Assembly (NCBI GenBank): GCA_043228905.1
Contig: JBHGNT010000003.1
Coordinates: 620,001-684,000, forward strand
Direction of reading: 5' to 3'
DNA length: 64,000 nucleotides
Source of the DNA: Azolla caroliniana
Lineage: Eukaryota > Plantae > Polypodiophyta
The notes under the pieces were generated by a model. That model saw nothing but the letters and a program-made list of their open reading frames with translations. It searched no databases and had not been told where the DNA came from. Both the position numbers and the translations under genes were made by a program. Position 1 is the stretch's first letter; the number at the start of each line of letters is the position of its first letter. Positions 52,201-61,759 of the stretch are shown here, piece by piece.

Positions 52201-55200
52201 AGCGTTCCCATCTAGTTAGGCTGCAAGCTAACATCTTCCTATTGGTCATCTGACACAATAATGTTGACGAGATCAATGAAGATTAAGATTAACAAATTCT
52301 TGTACAACAAATACTAGATTGAAAACACAATTTTGATTACAACCACGAATCCTTTTTTACATAGGGTAGAAACAAGCGGGATTAGAAAAGAAGGGGAAAT
52401 AAACTAGGGGGAAGATCTTCAAGTTTCAGTGGCCAGAGCTCACGAATGACAACCGGCATGCCTTTTGTCATCATGGATTTGCACTCCCTCATTCACGTCC
52501 TCTTCCACCCCTCTTTCAACCAAGAAGAAACCTAAATATCATCTCTCACAACTCTAAAAGAATGTTAGTAAAGGAGAAAAAAATGACCCCAGAACCCAAC
52601 CCTTGAAGAAGAAGTTGGAGAGATGTGGCCCAATATCCACACGGGCAATCAACACTTAGAAAGCCCTAAAATAATAACCCTAATAGAAATGGTGAGGAAG
52701 ATGATGTTACTCTACCCCAAATCCTCAAGAAAAAGAAGAAAATTATTCTCATAAGTCTCCCCAAAACATCAAACCCTAAAAAATGATCAAACCCCAAAAT
52801 AAACTCTCCTCTCCAGTTTTTATAACGAGAGAAGAGGCCCACCTATTGTAATAAATGCTCACCTACCCCCCCTTCTCATCAAGATACAAAAAGGGGTAAG
52901 TAACTCCTATATATGCATCTGTCTAGATTCAAACCTTTCACCTTTTCCCATTATCAATAGCTTTAATCATTTGGCCATTGACTTTTTATTATTCTATCTT
53001 TCTTTTTATATTTACATATTTACATTGTTTTTATGGTTGTCCCTTTTCTCTTTCTCTTCATTCTACCATTGGGTCTATCATGTCATTGGTTTTGTGACGT
53101 TGTCGCAAAGGTACGCACGTGCGTGTGAAAATTAAGCAAGAGCACCGAGGACTTGAACCAAAGAGGATGGGATGTCAAGTTTAAAGGTTTCTATTAGTGC
53201 TAAGAGGGAATATGGAGGTTAGTTCTTGCTTGGGAGGGGAGTGCAACTATTAGTGAGAGGAGACACTTGAATTGGGTAACTTCAAATACAAGATTTGTGA
53301 GAAGCTACATTGACAAAAGGTGCACGACCATCAATCAGGAGCTCGAACCACCAAACTCGAGGACCTTCCTCCTTGAATATTATCTTCACCTCTTGTAATA
53401 CCACCATTGTTTTACCCTATTCTATATGGGTCTCTCGTAATCGAAACAAGCTTTTTTTTGTTCTTAACTTACATTTGTGAAAGTATTAAATTGTTATCTT
53501 ATGTTTGTTAATCTCATCATGTAACTAAGTTGAGCAACCAAGGGAGAGAGGTTGACTCGCGAGATCGTCGAGAGAGAGGGCCAAAAAGTGGAGGCCAAAT
53601 CCACAATATCCCCTTCGTTGCGTGATTGCCCATTCATTGTTTGAACACCCCTTTTATTCTACAAGAACCCTTCGTTGCATGTGTGCCCCTTCATTCTCCG
53701 AATGCTCACTCATTCCACGAGAAGGATTCCCAAAGGAAATTCTGCAAGTGCCCATTCATTCCCCGAAGAGATTCTTCGAGGGAATTCCTTGAGCGCCAGT
53801 TCATTCCACGAGGAGAATTCCCCAACCGCCTATTCAATTCGGAAAGGGTTTACACGAGGCCAATCCGTGAACTGATCAAACGACGGCCCTTCCACAAGAA
53901 CAATCCACAAAGGCATTGCAGGAAAGTCGTTCCACGGAAGCAATCTACAACAGGATTGCACAGAGGCCACTGCATGAGAGAAATAAACAAAAACGAGCCT
54001 ACAAAAAAGGGTGAGCAACTACAAGTACCTCTCCAATGACATCGCATCTTCCCAATTCAGGTCACCTATGGTCCCATTCGAGTAGCACATGCACTCTTGT
54101 TAACACAACAATGTTTTTTGGGAATCTCCCAATCCCCGAGCTTGGATAGCATAAATATGACCCCTGGATACTCATGTTGACATATGGCAACTCTTAATTA
54201 ATTCTCCAATGTGATACATTTGGGATGGAAGATTTAATAGGAATTGGTTAAATCATAAGTATCACAATTATGAGTATGGATGACAAATGTGGCAAATTTC
54301 AAGGATCCCATTGTTTAATAGAGCAATTGATATTCAAGGTAATTTTTTGTTATAAAGAACGCCAAATAGCCAATATATCATTTAAGCACACAAAGTAACA
54401 TTTTTGTTTACCATATGTGATTTTGAATCAAGACTCAAACTCCATCTTATTGCAAATTATAAGTCTCTTGCATCATTATCAAAAAAGTTACACTGAGTGC
54501 ATAACTAATATGTAGCCTATTACAGGTATAAGTTATAACCTTATGGGCCAAACTAAAGCCAATTTAATGGTTTAAAGTGTAGGATGAGTGGGAAACTAGT
54601 TATCCTAGGACTTAAGACAAACCCATAAGGACCTATGACACATGGTGGTCTAGGAGCCTAAGAGTTAGGCTATACAAAGGGCACTAACTACCCCCTTCAT
54701 TATGGCACTTGAGATGTTGAGACTCCATTGGTAAGGCTTAACTCTCTTCTTTCGAATCTGTTCATCTCAACTTCCAAGGAATAACATAAGGTATCTTTGG
54801 TGGTATGGGACACTAATTGTATTTTATGTTTGTCTCTTGTCCTTTTCCCGGGGTTGGTCCTTGTGGTTTAAGCACCCTTAAACTATTCTTTTGTTAATCT
54901 AAATATTCATGGCTGATCTTAGTATTTCAATTCATAACACAACCTTCTGGAACTTTCTTCAAAATTATGAATGACTTACAATCTCAAATAGAGTGACTTG
55001 TGATATTTGTAATTTCACTTCCCTAAGAGCACATTTTTACCTCTTTGATCTGTTAAAGCAATAACAAAGTCTGACACCCAAACACACCTTGATATACAAG
55101 ATATTGATGTGAACATGCACAATGGACAGCAAAGTGTTGTCCATTGTCTTTGTCATATGTTTATCGCTTCTTCTCTATTAGTATTCCCATTGAAATAAGT

Positions 55201-58200
55201 ATCAAAACTTTACAACTTGTGATCTGCGTTGTCTTTCATTCTCATATTTCTCTTTTCGTGTCAAGAACTTCATCTATGTATCAACCATTCTATTAGATAC
55301 CTTTGTTACTCGGCATTCATACTTCTCAATTGGAGCTTCTTCCACCATTTCTTGTCATTAACCCCTTGCATATAGAACCAAATTGAGTGACTGCAGAAAT
55401 ATTAGAATTACTATGGAGTCCCCCCATTACACCAAATTCATGTGTCATTCGTGGATCAACATCGTCCAAGCAGGAATAGGATTGAAGTTACAAGAAAAAA
55501 GATAAATTAGAAAACAATGGAGATAAAAAAATCTAAACCCTGACATACAAATACCTAGATTAATAGGGACGTTGTGAATCCATGGACAGCAAGCTCAATC
55601 CACCCATAATCTGTCAAAGACAAAGCATAGGGAGCCTGAATCTCTAACCTAATTTTGACCTTTGACCTTAAACCACATCCACACCTATTCCTTATCATTG
55701 ACACAAGACAAAGAATTTGCATTAAACTAAACTAAATATACGCTAAATGAGATTGAAAATAATGGGATAAACCATGCATATCCTTCAATCAATGCATAAA
55801 GACAATCTGTGGATTAGGGAGTGTAATGAGAGATGGAAGTTTGAATGTCTCTCCCACTTGTCAGCTGTACAGAGATATTTGTAGACACTAAAATCCAATT
55901 GGAACCCCAATCAAAGCTTACTATAATCCTTTAAATAGATATTTCAAACATTTTATGAAGGTTGGAGTGATGAAAACTGGGGAGGTGTGCTACATCCTGT
56001 TGAACCTACTCATCCGAATCTTTAGGACCATTTCGGAGTAAAGGGTTAACATAGAATAATATCTACACAGTAATTTTTAACGTGCATTCTAAGGCTTGCC
56101 CGTAACCACTTAAAATCAAAGAAAACCAATAGTGGACATGAGGTAGTAACCGGGTTGGCCTAATTCATCAAGTTGGGTCAGCCTAATTTAGGCCCTTGAT
56201 GCATCATCATTACCTGTACAGCCAGGACCAGATCAATCTGAGTGCGACACAACGAAAGACTGCACGCTCCAATAGTTGAAAAGGCCAGGTTACACTAATC
56301 AGTCATCAATCTGAGAGTGTAAATCGAGTGGTTCAATTATCCAGTCTCAATCATCCAAATGGAGAGTTTTTTGCTTTCCTTGAATTCCAAGAACCACCTG
56401 TTAGGTCATCCTAATCCAGCTAATCAAATCTCAGAAATATAAAAAACACCTGAAACTGAGGGCAGAGGCCCCTTTAGCTTACTAGCCTAAGCTCTACATT
56501 GTCTGTTAACAAGCCCCTGATTCTCTTCAGACCTGAAGGTATACTTTAAATATATCAGCCAATTATGCAAAAACATCTCATCATGAGTTGATGTGTTCAG
56601 GAGCACCATTGACCCATCTTCACTCTGTTTCTAAAATAAGAGATGAGATGGAAATCTTTATAGCATAAAACAAATGCATATTTCCTAGAAGATACAAGCA
56701 ATATGTGTGTGTGTGAGAGAGAGAGAGTTCAAGCATTATCCTTCAGATCATTAGTTTCTCTTTACTTCTCTTTAGAAAGTGTCCCTTGATGGTGACCTAA
56801 TTCTACTTTTACCTATCCATGATGATTATTCATCAAGGACGCCAATCAAATTCTGCAATAAGAATGTAGTTGACAAATCAATAGTATATCTCAAGGTGAT
56901 CACTTCTGGTTCCATGAAAAGACCAGCAAATCCACTTGACAATGGTGGATGTAGTTGGACTTTTATGCATGATCTCATCAATGATAGTAAGTTTTCCTTT
57001 TGAATCCTTTATTTTGTCATGAAAATCCATGTTATCATCACCTAACATCTTTCAATGTTCAATTTTTTACGCAATCATGGACACATATGCACATGTGTGT
57101 CCCAATATCTGTTAAACTGTTGCACATAACCATATGTGAGGAATAACTTTCTACAATCTATAAAGTTTAAAGTGCTTGCAAACCTCTGCCAATCCAATCT
57201 ACTTCCTCTATTGCAGGATGTCATGTGGGAGAAGGACAAGTGTATGAAGAAGACACAACATCTAACGAGCCAACAATGCCCATAAAACTATGTTTCAATT
57301 CCGTTTGGCTGCCAATACATATCTCATTATATATGCCCATGTAGGATAAGAGGATGCATTATCATTGCATATTGGTGTTACATCCATGTCCATAACTAAA
57401 TTATCATCATGGAAGAGAGTGTGAATAACCCATTATTGTTGCTTCGGTGTTAATGGAACCACGGTTTGAACTTGAGGCCCTTAAGTTTAAACTATAGATG
57501 TTAAATGTTTAGGATAGTCATCCAACTGATTATGCTTTCTAAATTAGCAAATAACAAACATCAAGATGATACTCCATTTGAGCCTCAAATTGAAATAATT
57601 AACGATATTGTCCAGTTAATATCATTTATTGCAAAAAATTATCATAAGACAAATTCAACTTACTTCCAGGATTGGCTTCATCCTCAAGGGTGTTGCCATA
57701 GTATTATCCACCAAAAGCATTGCTCCATACTTTTTGCATATCTCAGCTATACATAATATATTTGCGACCTTCACCAAAGGATTGGTTATTGACTCCAGGA
57801 AAACCATTACCTTCCGCTGCGATGTATCATTCTCCATATACCTTTGATAACCTGAAACATCTTTCAGAATCTTCTCAAGCACATTTACGTCAAATACATC
57901 TTCAAGTATTACATCAGCTCCAAGGCGTCGCATGTCAACATTAAAGAATTCATATGTGGCACCATAAATGCCAGAGTTTACAATAATGAGGTCTCCGGAT
58001 TTGCAATTTGACATGGTTGCAGCAACAATTGCCCCCATTCCCGAAGAAGTTGCGAATCCTGTAATTAGGGTACATTATAAAGAGTTATTGAAATAAAAAC
58101 AAGAGTTGAGCAAGGGAATATGGCCAATTATGGAATTGGAATTGGCTCTCCCATACAAGAGAGAAAGAAAGAGACAGAACGAGAGAAAGAAGAAAGAAAG

Positions 58201-60173
58201 ATATATTAACTTTTTTTAGGAGGCCAAAATGGCCTATAAGACCAAATAAGAGATTACATCTTGAGTGTTGTCTCGTCTTTGAGAAAAAATCAAAATAAAA
58301 TAAATACTACATAGTAAATATAAAAGTAAATAAGATGAAAAGAGAAGAAATGAGGGAATCTGGTTTTTGGCACATATGAGATTCTCAAGTTAGGTATATT
58401 GTAGCTTTTGTCTTCAAAAGATCTCTAGCATAGGTCGATCCAGAATGGAAATGTCTCCGAAGTGAGGGAAGCACCTACGATGGCAGGAGATAATGGCTTT
58501 TATTTGTCAATGACAAGGGTGTCGAGGTCGTGGTCCATGGGGGCGGGGCCTACGTGCACGACAAATTGTTATTGCCCGATCAATTGTAACCCCTTTGTTA
58601 TGTCCTGGTCTGGAGCCCATTTGTGTATCCCGTGATGAACTTATAGGAGTAGTAGGAGTGATGGGGCTAAAGAAAGTTGTGATTGTTCTTTGTGGATGAG
58701 CTTGTGTGGCTGTATTCTTCAACTTTTCCCGATGTCTCTTGAGCTCTAGCAAGAAAAGTCCTAGGCATCGTTGGTCCTCATATTCCATTACCTTGCGTAG
58801 TTGGCCAAAGCCTTGTTTAAAGAGGCAATGGTATCTCCCTCTGATTTCATAAAAGACACTACAATGACAAACATAGTGTTCCTCAGATTCCACTCCTTGA
58901 TGACACAATTGGCAAATTCTCTCTTCTAGAGGTAGTCGTGTATATCTGCCTACTTCAATCTGTAGCTGATATGATGAAGTTCCTAGCGGCCCTATCACAC
59001 TACGCAGCGCATAGGGTAGATGTATGTCCATATAAGGTGGCTTGATGACGAATCCATCCTCCGATGTATGTAAGAAGTGCGTCTTATAGTGGGCCATCTT
59101 TGTACCAAGTGGTATTTTGGGGCTGATCCTTGTTATCTTGTTTTCCAAGTTAATAAAATAATTCTCTCTCTTTCTATCTGTTGTATGGAGAGCCAATTCT
59201 AATGTTATGTTCTTCACAAGTTACTGAGAAAGGAAAAAAGAATAAAGTTTCTCTTCTAACCAATTTAATAAAGAGGAAAAAGAAATCAAGTTTCTAATGG
59301 TCGTCATGAATTAGCATTACCATACATGTCTCCTACAACTTCTCCTCTTGCAGCAGACGTAATTTCCATCTTTCAGTTGTGTACATAACAAAAGGCACCA
59401 TGCACATAATGTGTGGCATGTGTGATTCATACATTTTGCTGAATTCATTTACAACATTAGCACATACCACAGATTCATGTATATGGATTGCATGGAATAT
59501 GTGTGTAGATGTATGTAATTTCATTCATGCATGAGAACATTTAGAGAATAGCAATGCACCATCTCATGTGTCATGTATGTGACTCGAGGCAAGCATACTT
59601 AGTGTTGCAACTTGCACATGCGCATTATGCATGCTCCATTCGTCAAACAAATTTGACACATATAACAAAATATCGCATGCCTGGTTGTTTATTCATCGCA
59701 AAATTTGGTTACTCATATCTGTGGTGTTGCACATGCGCATTATGCACGCTGGCTCCATTAGTCAAACAAATTTGACACATATAACAAAATATTGCATGCA
59801 TTGTTGCTTGTTCATCACAAAATTTTGTTATGCATATATGCGCTATGTACATCGCTGTGGCACATAATAGGTGTTTTTGTTTCATTCATAAATAAACAAA
59901 ATAGAACACAACCAGATAACTCGGACGTTTCTTTACATCATATAATACAGTAAGAAGGTAGAAAGGATAGAAAAAAAAACCTGATTCCGCACCCTCCAAG
60001 GAGGCGATGGAAGCTGCAAGATCATCAGAATTAGGGCAACCATATCTGCGGTAGATGTGGGGAGCGCTGAGAAGGTCATGAAGGGAATCGAACTCATAGA
60101 CGGAGCCTTGCCAGATGGCTTTCGAGGCATCACCAGCAGCAGCGTCTGTGGCGGTAAGGCCGTAAGGACCCAT
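40282..60173 (-). CDS. Cys/Met metabolism PLP-dependent enzyme (cystathionine gamma-synthase / gamma-lyase / methionine gamma-lyase family), 4 exons, 394 aa
   Basis: Exons 60173-59981, 58058-57664, 50894-50712, 40695-40282 total 1185 nt in frame. Motifs YRRYGCPN, SLEGAESGFATSSGMGAI, YGAT, FLESITNP, VDNTMATP, HSVTKYLGGHDD (PLP lysine), FDAWLAVRGLHTL-VRM, PSFGG, GIKDGILRVSVGLED. Intron 3 has a probable GC donor. Confidence 0.92.
41505..41585 (+). repeat. 27-bp tandem repeat (~3 copies) in a probable retroelement remnant
   Basis: GATGATGAAACAAATCAAGAATCA repeated. A PPT-like TAGGGGGCA follows at ~42064. Confidence 0.75.
42881..47251 (+). mobile_element. Ty1/Copia LTR retrotransposon, recent, internally deleted
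   Basis: 5' LTR 42881-43330 and 3' LTR 46820-47251 (TG...CA). 5-bp TSD CAACT at 42876-42880 and 47252-47256. PBS TGGTATCAGAGC (tRNA-iMet) at 43333-43344. The LTRs differ by ~7 transitions and one 18-bp indel. Confidence 0.97.
43597..46797 (+). CDS. Copia gag-protease-integrase-truncated RT polyprotein (1066 aa)
   Basis: Knuckle CRYC...H....C, protease WLVDSGATSHM, GAG-pre-integrase WHARFGH, integrase HMDLCGP / DNGGEF / ERKNRT, RT N-half KARLVAKGYSQ..G.DY.ETFAP and ALYGLKQ. YVDD and RNase H are absent. Confidence 0.93.
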   Translation: MASHTTIVSSTIPQLPKESILDGNNYLDWELQIKTLLQYHCLWNVVNGTDKKPPATSSSSTKSVAGSSNTETEAWLDKDSRAHAFLMFNIKPSIARQFQDTDEETANELWTSIRKRYHRANHAQMIAIENQLVNLKIHDIPNIMDQITQFVTLQKELVSLGSKSTEVEFVHRLMIKLPESFSAFCDTISLLPNTPDMNTFLGMLQDRATRKKSAQTSNETLLHATSKGKWKQNGNSYNKPNPRPPNNPAYKELTCRYCGYKVHIQPDCRKKKRDNAKNSSSTKNQPTPKSNSAHSAKETVFLGIEEHTSHLAGTTTSTIDEWLVDSGATSHMTYDKSILHDVKPSSSQISIGDASSIEASCVGNVFLDNSSSEEPIVLQDVLHVPRISTNLLLVYKITKQGYGVYFDSSVLEVIDTNNLQIVASGTQEGGLYRLKSSHSPLENSKSHLPHLLQGSHALVAQEDPTLWHARFGHLNYDSLQKLSSSQLVEGLPIFKSPNTPCVACLHGKQHREPCPHEATHWATSILELVHMDLCGPMKTTTLGDARYFMLIIDDFSRKVWVYFLVEKSQAFTKFQEWVALVENETSKKVRKIRLDNGGEFISQAFHHFYSQRGIARQFSTPNTPQQNAVVERKNRTVQEMARTMLSQSDLPLSFWGEAVNTAVYIINCCPTKAVARMTPEEAFTSVKPSVSHFKVFGCDAYVHISDHKRTKFESKTKKCKFLGYNTQSKAYRLWALESKSLVISRDVHFVESQSDDSRISPEFMIEIPAPSESPILDKDVSSSSPPSPPTQSLTSPTIQSSPSTPLVSTPSTNQLPPLPKWLQATIRDSHLYDAELHEYTCGSRTRKSQQPPHSCNFALLCTVVQSKEPTTAKEALVLPKCQATMEVELDSIEWNHTWELVPRPLHRQVIGLKWIFKTKYHVDGTLDKHKARLVAKGYSQVEGVDYEETFAPTARYTSIRCVLALAAHNKWTIFQMNVKSACLNCDLKEDVEQPIGFEISEQKNMVHRFHKALYGLKQVPKAWHEKIDTFFISLGFQNCYADNNLYVFFFPLPRHAINQLLGRLNV
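47500..49700 (+). mobile_element. 5'-truncated RTE-like LINE (RT C-half, Zn finger, (TCTA)n tail)
   Basis: GVKQGCPLSPTLFG, LLLLYADDMV, FKYRG(I), LFYGVEVWG, CKVCKGLVEDGQHLLFTC. Ends in GATCTATCTATCTA at ~49687-49700. Frameshifted. Confidence 0.85.
48409..49376 (+). repeat. Tandem array, 4 x 242 bp, inside the LINE
   Basis: Units start at 48409, 48651, 48893 and 49135 (GAAACATG(G/A)AGCTATTGGGGAAAG...) and are near-identical. Confidence 0.97.
49730..50620 (+). mobile_element. LINE 3' fragment (family B), plus strand
   Basis: KMAHYKT segment and 3'UTR ending TATAGGCCATTTTGGCCTC..AAAAAAGACGTTAATATCTTCTTTTC. Homologous to the reverse complement of 58160-59217. Confidence 0.8.
52920..52978 (-). 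mobile_element. tRNA-derived SINE head remnant
   Basis: Minus strand TGGCCAAATGATTAAAGC...GGTTTGAATC resembles Pol III A and B boxes. No intact cloverleaf. Confidence 0.35.
58160..59217 (-). mobile_element. LINE 3' fragment (family B), minus strand, with open C-terminal Zn-finger ORF
   Basis: ORF 58507-59217 contains L.IEVGRY...LEERICQLC...VESEEHYVCHC, a typical LINE C-terminus. It is followed by a 3'UTR and a (CTTT)n-type tail at ~58160-58200. Confidence 0.85.
59611..59840. repeat. ~118-bp tandem duplication in intron 1 of the PLP-enzyme gene
   Basis: TTGCACATGCGCATTATGCA...GTCAAACAAATTTGACACATATAACAAAATAT occurs twice. Confidence 0.85.
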
Positions 60174-61254
60174 CACTCACTAGGGTATGATGGGTCCACT
60201 ATGCGGCCATAGCCATGATCAGCTGAGCTGAGTTGAGCGGTTTGGAGGTTTGGAGGCTCTGCTCAAGCGTGAGCCTCCTTAACCAGTTCGAGCTCGGTTT
60301 GGCAAGGCTCAAGACAAACCAAACCTTTTAAGGTCACACCAGTTCCTAAACCGCTTAAGGCTTAAACGGTTCGTCCAACTTTGTCTCTACCACGAATGAA
60401 TCGGCCATTCTCTTCACGTCTCTCAACGTGGGGGTACAAGTCTCCGATAAATGCCTTGCTAATCTTCTGGCCCACGAGCATAATGATTCTTCAGTGGTTG
60501 TTGTCTCAACCATAAGGTAAAAGGTGTGATGTGATGGTTGTAAATCTTGGCCCACGTGGCCTGGAAGTTTACATGTCCAACTTATGCTACACAATGGCCT
60601 CTGGTTATCCCACCGACTCTCCAAAGTCTTTCTAAAGTAAAGGTGCAAACCAACAAATGGTGTGCTCGATATTTCACATGGAACTCGATTAGTCTTGGCC
60701 TTCATTTTGTCTTTTTATCTATGAGTCCAAACTTATGTTGCACAACGGCCTTCAAATATCTCACAACTAACTCTCCAAAGTCTTTCTAAAGTAAAGGTGC
60801 AAACCAAGAAATCGCGGGCTCGATATTATTGATGAGGTTTTTGGTTTTTGATATCACAGGATTTGCATGGAAAGTGACACGAGAATGAGTAGGTATCACA
60901 CCATGAACTATCATTGACTCACTAATGTCAAATTAATAAACACATGATTAATGAATTTTCCAAACATATTGCTCATTGACAAATTATCAGGAAAATGACT
61001 GGGTTCCATGGAAGTTATAGCATATTATCGATTTTACTAGCTAGGATTTAGACATTGCCATTTAGGCCAAGAAGGTATTGTAATAAGATGCACACATTTC
61101 TAACGTCTTGTGTGCATGGAAAACATTGTGGCTAGTGAGTAGATCTAAGTTAATCTACATGGCATGCGTAAAAAAATACTCCCATTTGCCCACATATAAT
61201 GAATGAACTTGTGTATCTTAGTATAAGAAACTTAATATAGATTGACATATTCGC

Positions 61255-61755
61255 GGGGGTTACCATACGAAGACATACGAATACGCATAAGAATACATGA
61301 AAAAATATTCTTTAAAAAAAAAGAAAAAAAAAAGAGTTCGTACTTTTTAGTTTCAAATATATATATCATATAATAAAGAGATTTTCACATTAAATATGGG
61401 ATATTTAACTTCACATTAAAAAGGAGGCTTACACTAAATAATATTTTTATATAATAAATGGAAAAGTTAAAAGTTAAAAGTATTTGTTTTATTTTTAATA
61501 AATATAAAAAATATTTAATAATAAATAAAAGGTTCATTAATTTCCCACTTTACTCTCCCACAAAAATTGATATTTTTATCTGTTATTAAAAGGGAACCTC
61601 ATACTAATAATATTTTTATAATATATATAAAACTTAAATGTATTTGTTTTATTTTTTAATAAAACGAAAAATAAATAAATAAACTAAATAAAAGGTTCCC
61701 ATAAATTTCATATTTTTATTTCACATTAAAAAGGGGAACTCACACTAATAATAGT
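61255..61755 (+). mobile_element. hAT-like terminus with AT-rich repeated subterminal region
   Basis: Begins GGGGTTACCATACG...ATACGCATAAGAATACATGAAAA, a 21/23 match to the inverted motif at 38607-38629. Three copies of ATTAAAA.GG..(C)T.A.ACTAATAATA follow. Confidence 0.45.
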
Positions 61756-61759
61756 TATA

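Noticed and set aside
53093-54110. Possible LTR plus leader, and 137-aa ORF 53626-54039
   Set aside because: TE-like composition, but no TSD, partner LTR or recognisable protein motif could be established.
40282-60173. Bacterial contamination as the source of the PLP enzyme
   Set aside because: The gene has spliceosomal introns filled with plant retroelements and is contiguous with plant nuclear genes.
1075-60173. Functional gene cluster (APH1, SHN, PTD, F-box, PLP enzyme)
   Set aside because: The functions are unrelated, with no shared pathway or co-regulatory signature visible.
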